Origin: an uncultured Verrucomicrobiae bacterium
GTDB taxonomy: Bacteria; Verrucomicrobiota; Verrucomicrobiia; Palsa-1439
Assembly (NCBI GenBank): GCA_963812605.1
Contig: CAWEWF010000014.1
Coordinates: 576,001-640,000 of the forward strand
DNA: 64,000 nucleotides
Reading direction: 5' to 3'
Position numbers and translations under genes: made by a program. Below, one piece after another: positions 29,970 through 40,600 of the stretch. How positions within the stretch are numbered: position 1 is the first letter of the stretch; every line of letters starts with the position of its first letter. A model generated the notes under the pieces. The model had not been told where the DNA came from. It was given only the letters and a program-made list of their open reading frames with translations, and searched no databases.

Positions 29970-31492
29970 AAACCAAAGGCAAAGTCTATCTGGTAGGCGC
30001 CGGGCCAGGCGACGTTGGGTTGATCACCGTGCGTGGCGTGGAATGCATCCGGGCGGCCGACGTGATTCTGTACGATAATCTTGTCAATACTTCGCTGCTT
30101 CGCGATGCGCGCGCGGATGCGGAATTGATTTTTGTCGGGAAGACGGCCAGGAAACACACCCTGACGCAGGATGAAATCAACGCGCTGCTTGTCGAGAAGG
30201 CCCGTGAAGGCAAAGTCGTCACACGCTTGAAAGGTGGCGATCCATTTGTTTTTGGTCGCGGCGGAGAAGAAGCCGAAGAACTACAAAAGGCCGGGCTCGA
30301 ATTTGAAATCGTGCCGGGCATCAGTTCCTCGATCGCCGCGCCGGCTTATGCGGGCATTCCCGTGACCCATCGGGGCGTGGCGACGGCATTCATGGTGATC
30401 ACGGGGCACGAGGATCCGACCAAGGAAGAAGCCGACGTGGATTGGGCAACCGTGGCGAAGTTTTTCGGAACACGCGTGATCTTGATGGGTGTGGAGCGGA
30501 TCGGAACGATTGCCGATGAATTAATGCGACACGGTGCGCCATCGGAAACACCCGTCGCGATGGTGCGCTGGGGCACCACCGGGAAACAACAGACGATCCA
30601 GGGTACGCTGGCGACCATCGCCAGCGTCGCCACGAAGGCCGATTTCAAACCGCCGGCAGTCACCGTTATCGGTGAGGTGGCGCGGTTGCGCGAAAAACTG
30701 AATTGGTTTGAGCGGCGACCGCTCTTTGGCAAGCGGATCGTCGTGACACGCAGCCGCGAGCAGGCCAGTGAGTTGGTGCGCCAGCTTACCGACCTCGGCG
30801 CTGACGTGCTGGAGATTCCGACGATTCGCATCCAGCCGCCAAAGAAAGTCGCGCCATTGCGCGAAGCAATCGCCGGCATCGGCGTCTATGATTGGCTGGT
30901 CTTTACGAGCCCCAACGGCGTGGACGCCTTCTTCCACGCGTTCTTCGCGCGCTACAAGGACATTCGCGGGATCGGCGCTGTGAAAATCGCGACTATCGGC
31001 GCGGTGACGGCCCAGAAAGTCGGCGAATTGCATCTCGAAGTGGACCTGCAACCCGAAGAGTTTACTACCGAAGCGCTGCTGGCGGAGTTCAAGAAGTCGG
31101 TGAGTTGCGAGAACCTGAAAATGCTTCTGCCGCGGGCCGATTTGGCCGACCAGCGGCTGGCGCGTGGCCTAGAAGATTTGGGCGCGATTGTCGATGATCT
31201 GGATGCGTACCAGACCGTGCCCGATACGGAAGACCGCAACGGCCACCGGGCTCGGCTCCTCAGCGAAGGGGCTGATCTGGTGACATTCACGAGTTCATCG
31301 ACAGTGATTAATTTTTGCAATCTCCTGGATGTGCCCGGGTTATGTGCAAAATTTCCGCAACTGCGGTTTGCCAGCATTGGGCCACAAACGTCGCAGGCGG
31401 CGCGCGACAAAGGATTGGAGATCGCCGTGGAAGCAAAAGTGCATACGATCCCCGGTCTGGTGGACGCGATCATGGCGTTCATGGTGAAATAA
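29966..31492 (+). CDS. cobA-hemD: Uroporphyrinogen-III C-methyltransferase / uroporphyrinogen-III synthase fusion
   Basis: VYLVGAGPGD, RLKGGDPFVFGRGGEE, GIPVTHR, then RPLFGKRIVVTR, FTSPNGV, FTSSSTV. Confidence 0.95.
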   Translation: MKTKGKVYLVGAGPGDVGLITVRGVECIRAADVILYDNLVNTSLLRDARADAELIFVGKTARKHTLTQDEINALLVEKAREGKVVTRLKGGDPFVFGRGGEEAEELQKAGLEFEIVPGISSSIAAPAYAGIPVTHRGVATAFMVITGHEDPTKEEADVDWATVAKFFGTRVILMGVERIGTIADELMRHGAPSETPVAMVRWGTTGKQQTIQGTLATIASVATKADFKPPAVTVIGEVARLREKLNWFERRPLFGKRIVVTRSREQASELVRQLTDLGADVLEIPTIRIQPPKKVAPLREAIAGIGVYDWLVFTSPNGVDAFFHAFFARYKDIRGIGAVKIATIGAVTAQKVGELHLEVDLQPEEFTTEALLAEFKKSVSCENLKMLLPRADLADQRLARGLEDLGAIVDDLDAYQTVPDTEDRNGHRARLLSEGADLVTFTSSSTVINFCNLLDVPGLCAKFPQLRFASIGPQTSQAARDKGLEIAVEAKVHTIPGLVDAIMAFMVK

Positions 31493-31719
31493 TGCTCGGC
31501 GCGATACCAATTATCGCCGACAACCGGATCCGCGTCGCGATGGAGCAGGGTGAATTTGACCACCTTGAAGGCGCAGGCCAACCGGTCCACGATCTCGATA
31601 GCCATTACGATCCCGACTGGTGGCTCAAGCGGAAATTGCAACGCGAGGAATTGACAGCCGATGACATGGCGGTGACACGGGAAAAGTTGAACCAGGTGCG
31701 GTCACAAAGGAATTCATGA
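31492..31719 (+). CDS. Small DUF1992 (DnaJ-C28 conserved domain)-like protein
   Basis: IADNRIRVAMEQGEFDHLEGAGQP, WWLKRKL; ATG overlaps the upstream TAA. Confidence 0.8.
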   Translation: MLGAIPIIADNRIRVAMEQGEFDHLEGAGQPVHDLDSHYDPDWWLKRKLQREELTADDMAVTREKLNQVRSQRNS

Positions 31720-32063
31720 CCAAGGAAGAACATTACGACGACGGAATGGCGGAGTTCGCGATGGCAGAGTACGAGAAGGCCATCGCGTGTTATCGAAAGG
31801 CCGTGGAACTTGCCCCGGATTATTTCGACGCGTGGCATGCGCTCGGGATGGCCTACCTGCGCGCCAGCAAAATCCCCGAGGCCATCGAAGCCGGCAAGCG
31901 CGCGATCAAGATCAATCCAAACGACATGCTCGCGCACACCAGCCTCTCGATGTACTACATGAAGGCCGGCGACAAAGCCGCCGCCGAAAAAGAAAAAGGC
32001 CTGGCGACTGTGCTTTCATGGGGTGGAAAAATCGATCAACTGAAAGAACCGCCGAAACCCTAG
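31716..32063 (+). CDS. TPR protein
   Basis: YEKAIACYRKAVELAPDY, AWHALGMAY, AIKINPND. Confidence 0.88.
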   Translation: MTKEEHYDDGMAEFAMAEYEKAIACYRKAVELAPDYFDAWHALGMAYLRASKIPEAIEAGKRAIKINPNDMLAHTSLSMYYMKAGDKAAAEKEKGLATVLSWGGKIDQLKEPPKP

Positions 32064-32069
32064 TGGCGC

Positions 32070-33131
32070 TTACTGGAACATGTATGACGGGAGGAAATAC
32101 AGCTTCCCCGACTGCACCTTGAACTGATTCGGCGTCAATTGAATCTGAAGCTTCGTCTTGTCGTTCTTGCCCCATAACCGAAGCAGGTTGCGTATCGAAA
32201 ATGGTTCCGCGTAGCGAATGACCCGCGCCTTCTTGATCTTCGCCAAATCCTCGGCCTGATCGATGGCATCTTCAAAATAACCCACGCCATCCACAAAACC
32301 GGCCGCCAGCGCCTGCTTGCCCGAAAGAATCCGCCCGTCCGCCAACCCGTTCTTCAGGTCCTCCACTTTCATCTTCCGTTCCTCGGCCACAATGCCGACG
32401 AATTTATCGTACACTTCCATGATCAACCCCTGCACCAGCGCCTTCTCGTCTTCCGTGGGTTCGCGCGCCGGATTCATGATGTCTTTATACTTGCCCGACT
32501 TGAAGGTATAAAACTTGATCCCGATCTTGTCCGCCAGGTCGCCGTACGTAAAGCTTTCCATGATCACCCCGATGCTGCCCGTGATGCTCAACTCGTTGGC
32601 CATGATGTAGTCCGCGCCGACCGCGATGTAATACGCGCCCGAGGCCCCCACCGTGTCGATGCTCGCCACGATCGGCATGTCGGGCTTCTTATCGCGCGCC
32701 GCCACGACTGCCTGGTAGATCTCGTCCGACGCAACCACTTCGCCGCCCGGTGAATTGATCCGCAGGATCACCGCCTTCACATGCTTGTCATCGACGGCTT
32801 GCTGAAGCTGGTCTTCGATGTCCGTCACCATTCCGCCCTCGGTGGTGTCGCCGTCCTCCGACGAACTGATCACCCCCGTCACGTAGATCACCGCTATCTT
32901 GTCCTTCGCGTCTTCATCGCCATCCACAAACTGCTCCTCGTAACGGTTGCGTTGGTTCACGGCGAAGCTGGTCCCGTGGCTTTTGCCAAACAAGAAACCA
33001 AACAACGCCAGGTTGGCCAGGACACTCAGGAAAAGAAAGAAAGTGATAAAGAGGGCGTAGATGATCCAGCCTGTCCGCCGACGCGGCGGCGCTGGGCTCT
33101 GGCTGACCGGATAAAGTGGGGGTGCATCCAC
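32070..33131 (-). CDS. sppA: Signal peptide peptidase SppA (S49), short form
   Basis: N-terminal [36 protein letters not shown]. Confidence 0.93.
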   Translation of the reverse strand: MDAPPLYPVSQSPAPPRRRTGWIIYALFITFFLFLSVLANLALFGFLFGKSHGTSFAVNQRNRYEEQFVDGDEDAKDKIAVIYVTGVISSSEDGDTTEGGMVTDIEDQLQQAVDDKHVKAVILRINSPGGEVVASDEIYQAVVAARDKKPDMPIVASIDTVGASGAYYIAVGADYIMANELSITGSIGVIMESFTYGDLADKIGIKFYTFKSGKYKDIMNPAREPTEDEKALVQGLIMEVYDKFVGIVAEERKMKVEDLKNGLADGRILSGKQALAAGFVDGVGYFEDAIDQAEDLAKIKKARVIRYAEPFSIRNLLRLWGKNDKTKLQIQLTPNQFKVQSGKLYFLPSYMFQ

Positions 33132-33228
33132 AAACAGTACATTGCACAACGAATTCAACCGCCGCAAGTGCAAAAGCGCGCCGTTTTTGACTTGGTCGCC
33201 GCGCGAAAGTGGCGTAGCTTATCGCGCC

Positions 33229-33801
33229 ATGTTGCTGGTCATCGACAACTACGACAGCTTCACCTACAACCTCGTGCAATACCTCGGCGAGTTGGGGGTG
33301 GAAATGAAAATCTTCCGCAATGACGAGATCACCATCGAACAGGTCCGCGCCATGAAACCGGCCAGAATTCTCATTTCCCCCGGCCCATGCTCCCCGCGCG
33401 AATCGGGTCTCTCGAACGACATCATCAAGACCTTCGGCCCGACCATCCCCACCTTCGGCGTCTGCCTCGGCCACCAATGCATGGGCCACGTCTTCGGCGG
33501 TGAAGTCGTCCGCGCCGAGCGCCTCATGCACGGCAAAACCTCGCCCATCTACCACAACGGCCGTGACCTCTTCGCCGGCCTGCCCAACCCTTTCACCGCC
33601 ACGCGCTATCATTCCCTCCTCATCAAGCGCGACACCATCCCCGACACCTTGGAGATCACCGCCGAAACCAAACCCGAAGGCGAAATCATGGGCATCCGCC
33701 ACAAAACACACCCCATCTGGGGCGTCCAATTCCACCCCGAATCCATCCTCACCCAGGAAGGAAAGAAGATCCTCTCCAATTTCCTCAAACTCACCGCCTG
33801 A
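33229..33801 (+). CDS. trpG: Anthranilate/aminodeoxychorismate synthase component II
   Basis: [35 protein letters not shown]. Confidence 0.94.
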   Translation: MLLVIDNYDSFTYNLVQYLGELGVEMKIFRNDEITIEQVRAMKPARILISPGPCSPRESGLSNDIIKTFGPTIPTFGVCLGHQCMGHVFGGEVVRAERLMHGKTSPIYHNGRDLFAGLPNPFTATRYHSLLIKRDTIPDTLEITAETKPEGEIMGIRHKTHPIWGVQFHPESILTQEGKKILSNFLKLTA

Positions 33802-33807
33802 GCCCTT

Positions 33808-34064
33808 AGTAGGTCGGGCGTCTCGCCCGCCATCTTCCGAGGTAGGGACGGCTGTCCCAGCCGTCCGCATCATCCTGTAGTCACAGGCCTCAGCCTGTGT
33901 TGTAGTCACGCCGCTCTGTCGGCGTGCTTTGTAATCTGTCATGTTTTTTGTAGGGCAGGGGCTGCGCCTGCCGTCGTTTCCTCGTTTTGCTGAAGCGGCG
34001 GTCTATGACCGCCGTCCTCCTGTGTAAGATTTCTTGTACAGCCTCGGCGACGGCCAATCGCCGA
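33808..34064 (+). repeat. Array of about 7 different GTAG-headed REP-like hairpins
   Basis: Units starting near 33808, 33841, 33876, 33901, 33949, 33991 and 34044; each is a short GC-rich hairpin, five of them preceded by GTAG. Confidence 0.85.
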
Positions 34065-34179
34065 CATCCCCGCAACGAGTTGACACCGGTAGCGTTTATG
34101 CAACAGTGAAATGCAAGATGGTTCGTTCGTCAACCGAAGGAAACGTCATTTCAAGTCAAAGGGCGCAGCGATGTTCACT

Positions 34180-34318
34180 ATGCGAATGTCTATTCTGTTC
34201 CTGCTCCTGTCTTCCGCGCTTCTGCTAACCGGTTGCGCGACCCCGGATACCGGATGAAAAAGATGTCTTCTGGAGCGGATGGGTTCAGCCAACTTCCAAG
34301 CCGTTAGCCCCCCCATAA
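34180..34318 (+). CDS. Tiny lipoprotein, apparently frameshifted near 34250
   Basis: MRMSILFLLLSSALLLTGC lipobox; stop at 34257, but another frame continues PDEKDVFWSGWVQPTSKPLAPP*. Confidence 0.5.
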
Positions 34319-34410
34319 GACAAGGCAAATTCCTCCGCTCTTGTTAGCCCGGCGGCCTCGCCAAGGCAGAAGCCTTGGCGACGGCGCATTTCGCTGCTAA
34401 GATGTGTTCT

Positions 34411-35256
34411 ATGAGACGAAGCACAATTTGGACGGTTGCGGTGATCGCGGGCATCGGCCTTTTCGCCATCGTGGCCGGGCCGGTGATCGTTCACGGTGTC
34501 TTCCGGTATTACATGGTTCAGAAAATTCTGGGCCTCTTTCCGGACGAGCGGCAGCGCCTCGCCGTCTTGCCCCAAAAAAGGGCGCTCACGGCCCCTCCCT
34601 CCCTCCAACTCGTAAATCTCGGCTATGCCACGTTCGACATCGGAACGACCGGCTCAATCTATATTGCCGCCGTCGATGACGGCGCGGCGGTGGCCGTGAC
34701 CAATGACGATCTTGGAATTGAATTTATGCCTCCCTACTTGCCCGAAGGGCTAACGGATTCTTCGATATCGTCCGATATGATCGAAGCGGACGCGAAAGCT
34801 GGCTCTTCCCTCGCTCGCTATGTTGAAGTGGCGCGAACCAATGTCGTCGCCGCCGAGATCGAATTGGAAGACGCGCGTCTTCTTCCCATTTCGCAGATCG
34901 CCTTGATGTCGAGCGAGGATTTCCGTCTCTATGCCGTCAAACTCGTCCGCAAAGCCGGACTCTTTTGGGGGAGCAATGAGATCTGGTGGTTCATCACCCC
35001 GCGCGTCGAGGGAATCGTCCGCGTCGGGGAGGACCCCCATGATCGTCAGCGCGCCCAGGTGATCCTCACTTCGCTGGATGGAACACGGAACCTCGCGATA
35101 CAGGCCATTTTGCCCCACGACTCCTCCAAGGACATCATGGTGGCGCTCGACCCAATCCTCGCTTCATTCCAGTTCACCATCGACAAGGTCAATGACCGTA
35201 ACCAAATCAGGCGGCTCATCCTGCAGGCGGGTATCTCCATGCGACTGGTCAACTAG
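34411..35256 (+). CDS. Membrane-anchored hypothetical protein
   Basis: N-terminal TM; promoter TTGGCG-17-TAAGAT ends 7 nt before the ATG. Confidence 0.7.
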   Translation: MRRSTIWTVAVIAGIGLFAIVAGPVIVHGVFRYYMVQKILGLFPDERQRLAVLPQKRALTAPPSLQLVNLGYATFDIGTTGSIYIAAVDDGAAVAVTNDDLGIEFMPPYLPEGLTDSSISSDMIEADAKAGSSLARYVEVARTNVVAAEIELEDARLLPISQIALMSSEDFRLYAVKLVRKAGLFWGSNEIWWFITPRVEGIVRVGEDPHDRQRAQVILTSLDGTRNLAIQAILPHDSSKDIMVALDPILASFQFTIDKVNDRNQIRRLILQAGISMRLVN

Positions 35257-35328
35257 TCGCGCAGATCCGAAGCTCACGGACGCTGTGCGGCACTTGCCGA
35301 TCGCGCTGCAAATCGCTAGGATACTCCC

Positions 35329-36798
35329 GTGGCGCGTTCGGAAGTCGGCAATCCATCGACATACTGGCTGACGCGGCTCTGCTTTCAACGGATGCTCGCC
35401 GCGATCTACCTGATCGCATTCCTCATCGCCGCAAATCAATATATCCCCCTGCTTGGCGAACACGGCCTGCTGCCCGTGCGCTTGTTCCTGCGGCACGCGA
35501 CGTTTTGGGACGCGCCAAGTCTCTTCTGGCTGAACTGCTCCGACCGCCTCATCACGGCGGCGATCTGGTTCGGCATCGGACTGTCTGTCTCCGCCCTCAC
35601 CGGCCTTTCGGAGCGATGGAACACGCTGCTTTCCGCGACAATCTGGGCATTGCTGTGGCTGCTGTACCTCTCACTGGTCAATGTCGGCCAGGTCTTCTAC
35701 GGCTTTGGCTGGGAGGACATCCTGCTCGAGAGCGGTTTCCTCGCGATCTTTCTCGGCTCCTCGAACACGAAACCCCCGCGAATCGTATTGTATCTCCTGT
35801 TGTGGGTCTTGTTCCGCATCATCTTCGGCGCGGGCATGATTAAACTCCGCGGCGACTCCTGCTGGCGCGACCTCACCTGCCTCTACTACCACTACGAGAC
35901 GCAACCCTTGCCCAATCCCCTGAGCTGGTACCTGCATCATCTACCGCATTGGTGGCTCAAGACCTGTGTGCTCTTCACCCATTTCGTCGAACTCATCGTC
36001 CCCTGGTTTCTCTTTGCGCCGTGGCGAAAAGTTCGCGCCCTCGCCGGCGTGTTGCTGGTGTACTTCCAGTTGACGCTGATCGTGAGCGGCAATCTATCCT
36101 GGCTCAACTACATCACCATCGCGCTCTGCATCCCGTGCTTCGACGACGCGCTCCTCGCCCGCATTGTCCGCCTTCGGCACATCGAACCAAGTGACTCGTC
36201 CCTTGCGCATCCCGTCGCCGTCTGGCTGTTGCTCGCGTTGGTGTTGCTATTGAGCGTTCAGCCCGCCATCAACCTATTCTCTCCCCACCAGGTGATGAAC
36301 GCCAGCTTCGAGCCGTTCCACCTGGTCAATACTTACGGCGCGTTTGGCAGCATCACGCGCGACCGTTACGAAATCATCATCGAAGGCACCGACACCGCTA
36401 CTCCCACCGACCTCACCTCGTGGCGCGAATACGAGTTCAAGGGCAAACCCGGCAACCCGCGGCGTCGCCCGTGCTTCGTCTCGCCCTACCACTGGAAACT
36501 CGACTGGCAAATGTGGTTCGCTGCGATGTCAGACTATCGCGACCATCCCTGGATCCTGAACCTCGTCGCCAAACTTCTGGCAAACGACTCGCGCACGCTG
36601 GGCCTGCTCGCCAACAATCCGTTCCCCGGCACGCCGCCGAAGTTCGTCCGCGCCGAGTTGTACCTTTACCATTTCACCGACTCCCGCACCGACGGCGCAT
36701 GGTGGAAACGCGAGCCCGTCGCCGCCTATCTCCCCCCACTCTCGCTCGACACCCCAAGCTTCCAGCGGATTCTCCAAGAGCAAGGTTGGTTGGAATGA
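35329..36798 (+). CDS. Lipase maturation factor (LMF1) family membrane protein
   Basis: YLSLVNVGQVFYGFGWE, YHYETQPLPNP, GNLSWLN, NTYGAFG, EYEFKGKPG, PYHWKLDWQMWFAA. Confidence 0.93.
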   Translation: MARSEVGNPSTYWLTRLCFQRMLAAIYLIAFLIAANQYIPLLGEHGLLPVRLFLRHATFWDAPSLFWLNCSDRLITAAIWFGIGLSVSALTGLSERWNTLLSATIWALLWLLYLSLVNVGQVFYGFGWEDILLESGFLAIFLGSSNTKPPRIVLYLLLWVLFRIIFGAGMIKLRGDSCWRDLTCLYYHYETQPLPNPLSWYLHHLPHWWLKTCVLFTHFVELIVPWFLFAPWRKVRALAGVLLVYFQLTLIVSGNLSWLNYITIALCIPCFDDALLARIVRLRHIEPSDSSLAHPVAVWLLLALVLLLSVQPAINLFSPHQVMNASFEPFHLVNTYGAFGSITRDRYEIIIEGTDTATPTDLTSWREYEFKGKPGNPRRRPCFVSPYHWKLDWQMWFAAMSDYRDHPWILNLVAKLLANDSRTLGLLANNPFPGTPPKFVRAELYLYHFTDSRTDGAWWKREPVAAYLPPLSLDTPSFQRILQEQGWLE

Positions 36799-37042
36799 AA
36801 AAGTGTCGTATCTCGCAACTGAAAAAGGCTGGACAAAGCCGCCTGGCTCTGCTGTACTAACGGCGGTCTTTTGGGAAGCGCAGAAGCGAGTTTCGGGGTC
36901 GTTCCTGAGGTTGGTGACTTATGTCTCTTAAATCTCTCGGGTCAAACCCGCCGGCGTTTCGGCAGCATTGCGATGCTGCCTCTGTTTCCACCCTGCCATC
37001 ACGGATTCGCGTTTTTGGTTTCCGCTATGGTCAGAAACAGGT

Positions 37043-37627
37043 ATGAGAATAAAGCCACTACACGCGGTCTGCTTCTTGGCGGCTACACTTTTTACCACCG
37101 ACTTGGGCGCAACCGATGCAACGTTGCCCGATGAAACCGGACTGCGAATCGGACAACACGCGCCACCGTTCACACTCAACGACCAAAACGGAAAAGAAGT
37201 CTCGCTCGATGCGCTCCTCAAGAACGGCCCGGTCGCGCTGGTGTTCTTCCGCTCCGCCGACTGGTGCCTCGCTTGCGAATTCCAGTGGGTCAAACTCCAG
37301 GCGCACGTGAAGGAGATCGAAGCCTCAGGCGGGCAACTGGTCGGCATCAGCTATGATTCGGCCAAGACACTGAAATGCTTTGCCGACAAGCAGGCGATTG
37401 CGATCCCGATCTTGTCGGATACCGGCAGCAAAACCATTGATGCCTACCACGTGCGCGACACGGATCCCGCGCGGGCTCGCAATGGCGTCGCGCGCCACGT
37501 CATCTTTATCGTTGATCAGAAGGGCGTTGTTCGCTCCAAGCGGTTCGGGGTGATCTACGACGAACAATCCGGGGTGGATGCCCTGGTCAAAGCGTTGAAA
37601 GACGCGCAGAACGTGAATGGGGGGTAA
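37043..37627 (+). CDS. Secreted AhpC/TSA-type peroxiredoxin-like protein
   Basis: Signal peptide, APPFTLNDQNG, FFRSADWCLAC (CxxC), GISYD. Confidence 0.85.
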   Translation: MRIKPLHAVCFLAATLFTTDLGATDATLPDETGLRIGQHAPPFTLNDQNGKEVSLDALLKNGPVALVFFRSADWCLACEFQWVKLQAHVKEIEASGGQLVGISYDSAKTLKCFADKQAIAIPILSDTGSKTIDAYHVRDTDPARARNGVARHVIFIVDQKGVVRSKRFGVIYDEQSGVDALVKALKDAQNVNGG

Positions 37628-37631
37628 CACC

Positions 37632-40600
37632 ATGAAGGCGCGCATACAGTGTGTAGTGGTAGCGGTCGCAATTCTCTTCACCGGCCTCTTCGCTTCGACG
37701 GCTCATGCGGCTATGAACGTTGTCACGAATATCAGCTCCGACCCCACGATCTTTGAATGTTATCTGACTGCCACCAACCTGCCGGTAACCATCGTCACCA
37801 CCAACGGTTCCGCCCTCGTCACCAACATTGTCCAGGCGATGGTCTACAGGGACGAAAAACAACCGAGTTGGCCGCAGGGAGCCGGCATCCCGGTCCCGGT
37901 GATGAACCTGACGCCCGGGCAGATGGTCATTTGCCATTTCAAAAACACCTTGTCCGTGACCGAAGGTGCCAGCATCCACTGGCACGGCATCGAGCTGGAT
38001 AACGACAGCGATGGCACGAGCGTCACACAGGATAGCGTCAAGCAAGGTCAAACCTACACGTACCAATTCATTGCGCCCCGACCCGGTATCTTCTGGTTCC
38101 ACTCGCATATGGAACCCGGCAATACGACTTTCGCCGGGATGTATGGCGTCATTATTATCCCCAACGACGTTGAGGGCACCCTCATCTCCAACGGTTATCT
38201 CCCCTCGAATTCTGTCACCTACACCCTGGCCATGAGCGACATCGAATACGCCACCAACAACGCCTTCGCCCCAGGTTCCCCGATGGGCACTGTCGGCCGA
38301 CAGGGGATCAACGGCGGCTCCAACGTGTTCGAAACCATTAATCAGTGGGTCGAAGACTGCCATGACGCCGGAGGTGGTGGCGGTGCGAAAGCCCTCTGCC
38401 AGACAGCGTCGAAGCCCGGTGCTGTCGTGCTGGTGAACGGCGAACATCCTCTGGCCATAGCGGGAGGCCAAACGCCAATGTTTACCGTCCCGGCGAACAA
38501 AAAGATCCGGTTGCGGCTCCTGAACGAGGCCCTTGTCCGGCATTTCCATCTGAAGTTGCTGGATGCCAGCGGCAACCAAATCGACATGGTCCGCATTGGC
38601 GGACAGGGTGGCCTGCTGGATTACGCGCGCCTGGAGGGAGGCACCAACGAAGACTGGGATACGCAATATGCGGAGGGCGAAATTGTTATCGGCTCGGGAG
38701 ATCGTGCCAACGTCCTCACCTATGCATCCGGCACCAACGGAGCCATCCTGCGGCTCGTTGGCAACCCTCTGCCCGATCCTCCTTTCTCTCTTGACGCGGC
38801 CACACTGGGTAGCAGCGCCAACATCCCCAGCAACTATCCGGTCGCATTCTTCAAGATCAGTGGGACGGCAAGTGATCCGGAGCCCGAGGATGGCGATCCG
38901 ATACTGGCCGCTGCCGGTGAATTCGTCGAGGAACTTGGCCCCGCCACCAATTCGCTCATCGATCCAGCTTCCTTGGGGCCCAATTTCCCGGGCACCACGA
39001 ACCCCGTCATTAGCCTGACCCAGGCGAACGTGCAGCCCTCGATTGACAACATCCAGCCCGTCAAGCTCGACGGGAACATGGGCAACGGAGATTTCACGTC
39101 GATACCGCATACCAACAGCACGCGCTACGCGCACGTGGGCGACCTGCTCCAGCTCTCCGTCAGCAACGAGACAACCCCGGCTCATCCGTTCCACCTCCAC
39201 GGGTTCTCGCTCCAACCGATAATGATCGTCGACAACAGCACTTCGAACACGCTCTACACCTACGATTACAATGAATTCGTCGACACAATCAACGTCTATG
39301 GCGGGCAAACCCTTGTCTTCCGCGTTCGCTTGGATGATCGCCCGAAGTTCTGTGACGAATCTCCGCTCTGGCCAAATCCAAACGCAGGTCCGACCCTCCT
39401 GCCCTGTAACGATTCGACCTGCGGCGGGGCCGTCGGGAGATGGTTATTCCACTGCCACATCTTCCCCCACGCCGGTGAAGGCATGATCGGCGAGTTGACC
39501 GTCCTGCAGAATGCGACGGAAACCAATGTCTTCAAATTCGTCAAGCACCCCGACCTCTCGTACTCGGGCGTGGACGTGTTGGCCACCTATGGCACCGGCT
39601 CGCCAGTCATCGCGGACAATTTCCTGTGCACCAGCAACGGCCTCATCACCGGTATCAGCGTCTGGGGTTCATGGCTTGACGACGTGGTGGGCAGCAATGT
39701 CACCTTCCAGTTGACTTTGTCGAACGACGGAGGCAATCAACCCGGCACGCAATTGTGGCAGGAATTCTTCACACCGGGCACGTACAGCAACACCTTCGTG
39801 ACGTCCGTCTCCCCCGACGAGACGTTCTTCGATCCGAGTCAGCCGGCCGTCTTCGCCACCGACACTCAGGTGTACCGGTACGACTTCCCCATCCCGGACT
39901 GCGACGCCTTTTATCAGGATTCTGGCACCATCTATTGGCTCAGCGTGACGGCATTTACCACCAACGGGTTTTTCGGGTGGAAGACCTGCATTACCAACGA
40001 CTACTTTAACACCGACGCGACGTGGAACAGCACGACCAATTTCCCGGACTGGAGCCCCCTGTCTTATCCGTCCTCCAATCCATACTCCGGGCTTAGCATG
40101 GACCAATCCTTTGAGATCGCCACCGCGGTGTCCACGAATTGTCCGCCGCCCGTGGCCAGCTTCTACGCTTTTCCAACCTCTGGTACCGAACCGCTGACGG
40201 TGACCTTCAACGATACTTCGACGGGCAATGTCACGAATTGGTTTTGGGATTTCGGCGATGGCAACACTGCCAACATCACTACCAATACAATAATGCACAC
40301 GTACGCTGCGGGGAATTATTCGGTGACCCTGACGGTTATCAGCCGCTGTGGCACCAACACAATCACCCAAACGAATGCCATCAACGTCGGGAGTTGTATA
40401 CCCACGGCAAGCTTCTACGGTAGTCCGACCACTGGTACGGAACCTCTGTTGGTGAACTTCTTCAGCACCTCCTCGGGCTCGATTACCAACTGGTTCTGGA
40501 ATTTCGGAGACGGCACTACCACCAACACCTCATCCCCCAGCGTAAGCCACACGTATGCCGCCGGCACTAACACCGTGACCCTGATCGTCTCCGGCCCCTG

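Noticed and set aside
28973-31492. Apparent HemC-CobA-HemD triple fusion
   Set aside because: A HemC-like tail is present in another frame and a TGA overlaps the cobA ATG (ATGA at 29966-29969). Most likely produced by indels.
33808-34064. CRISPR array
   Set aside because: No constant direct repeat with unique spacers and no cas genes; the units are REP hairpins.
37250-37280. Selenocysteine in the peroxiredoxin-like protein
   Set aside because: Both CxxC positions are ordinary TGC codons; no in-frame TGA.
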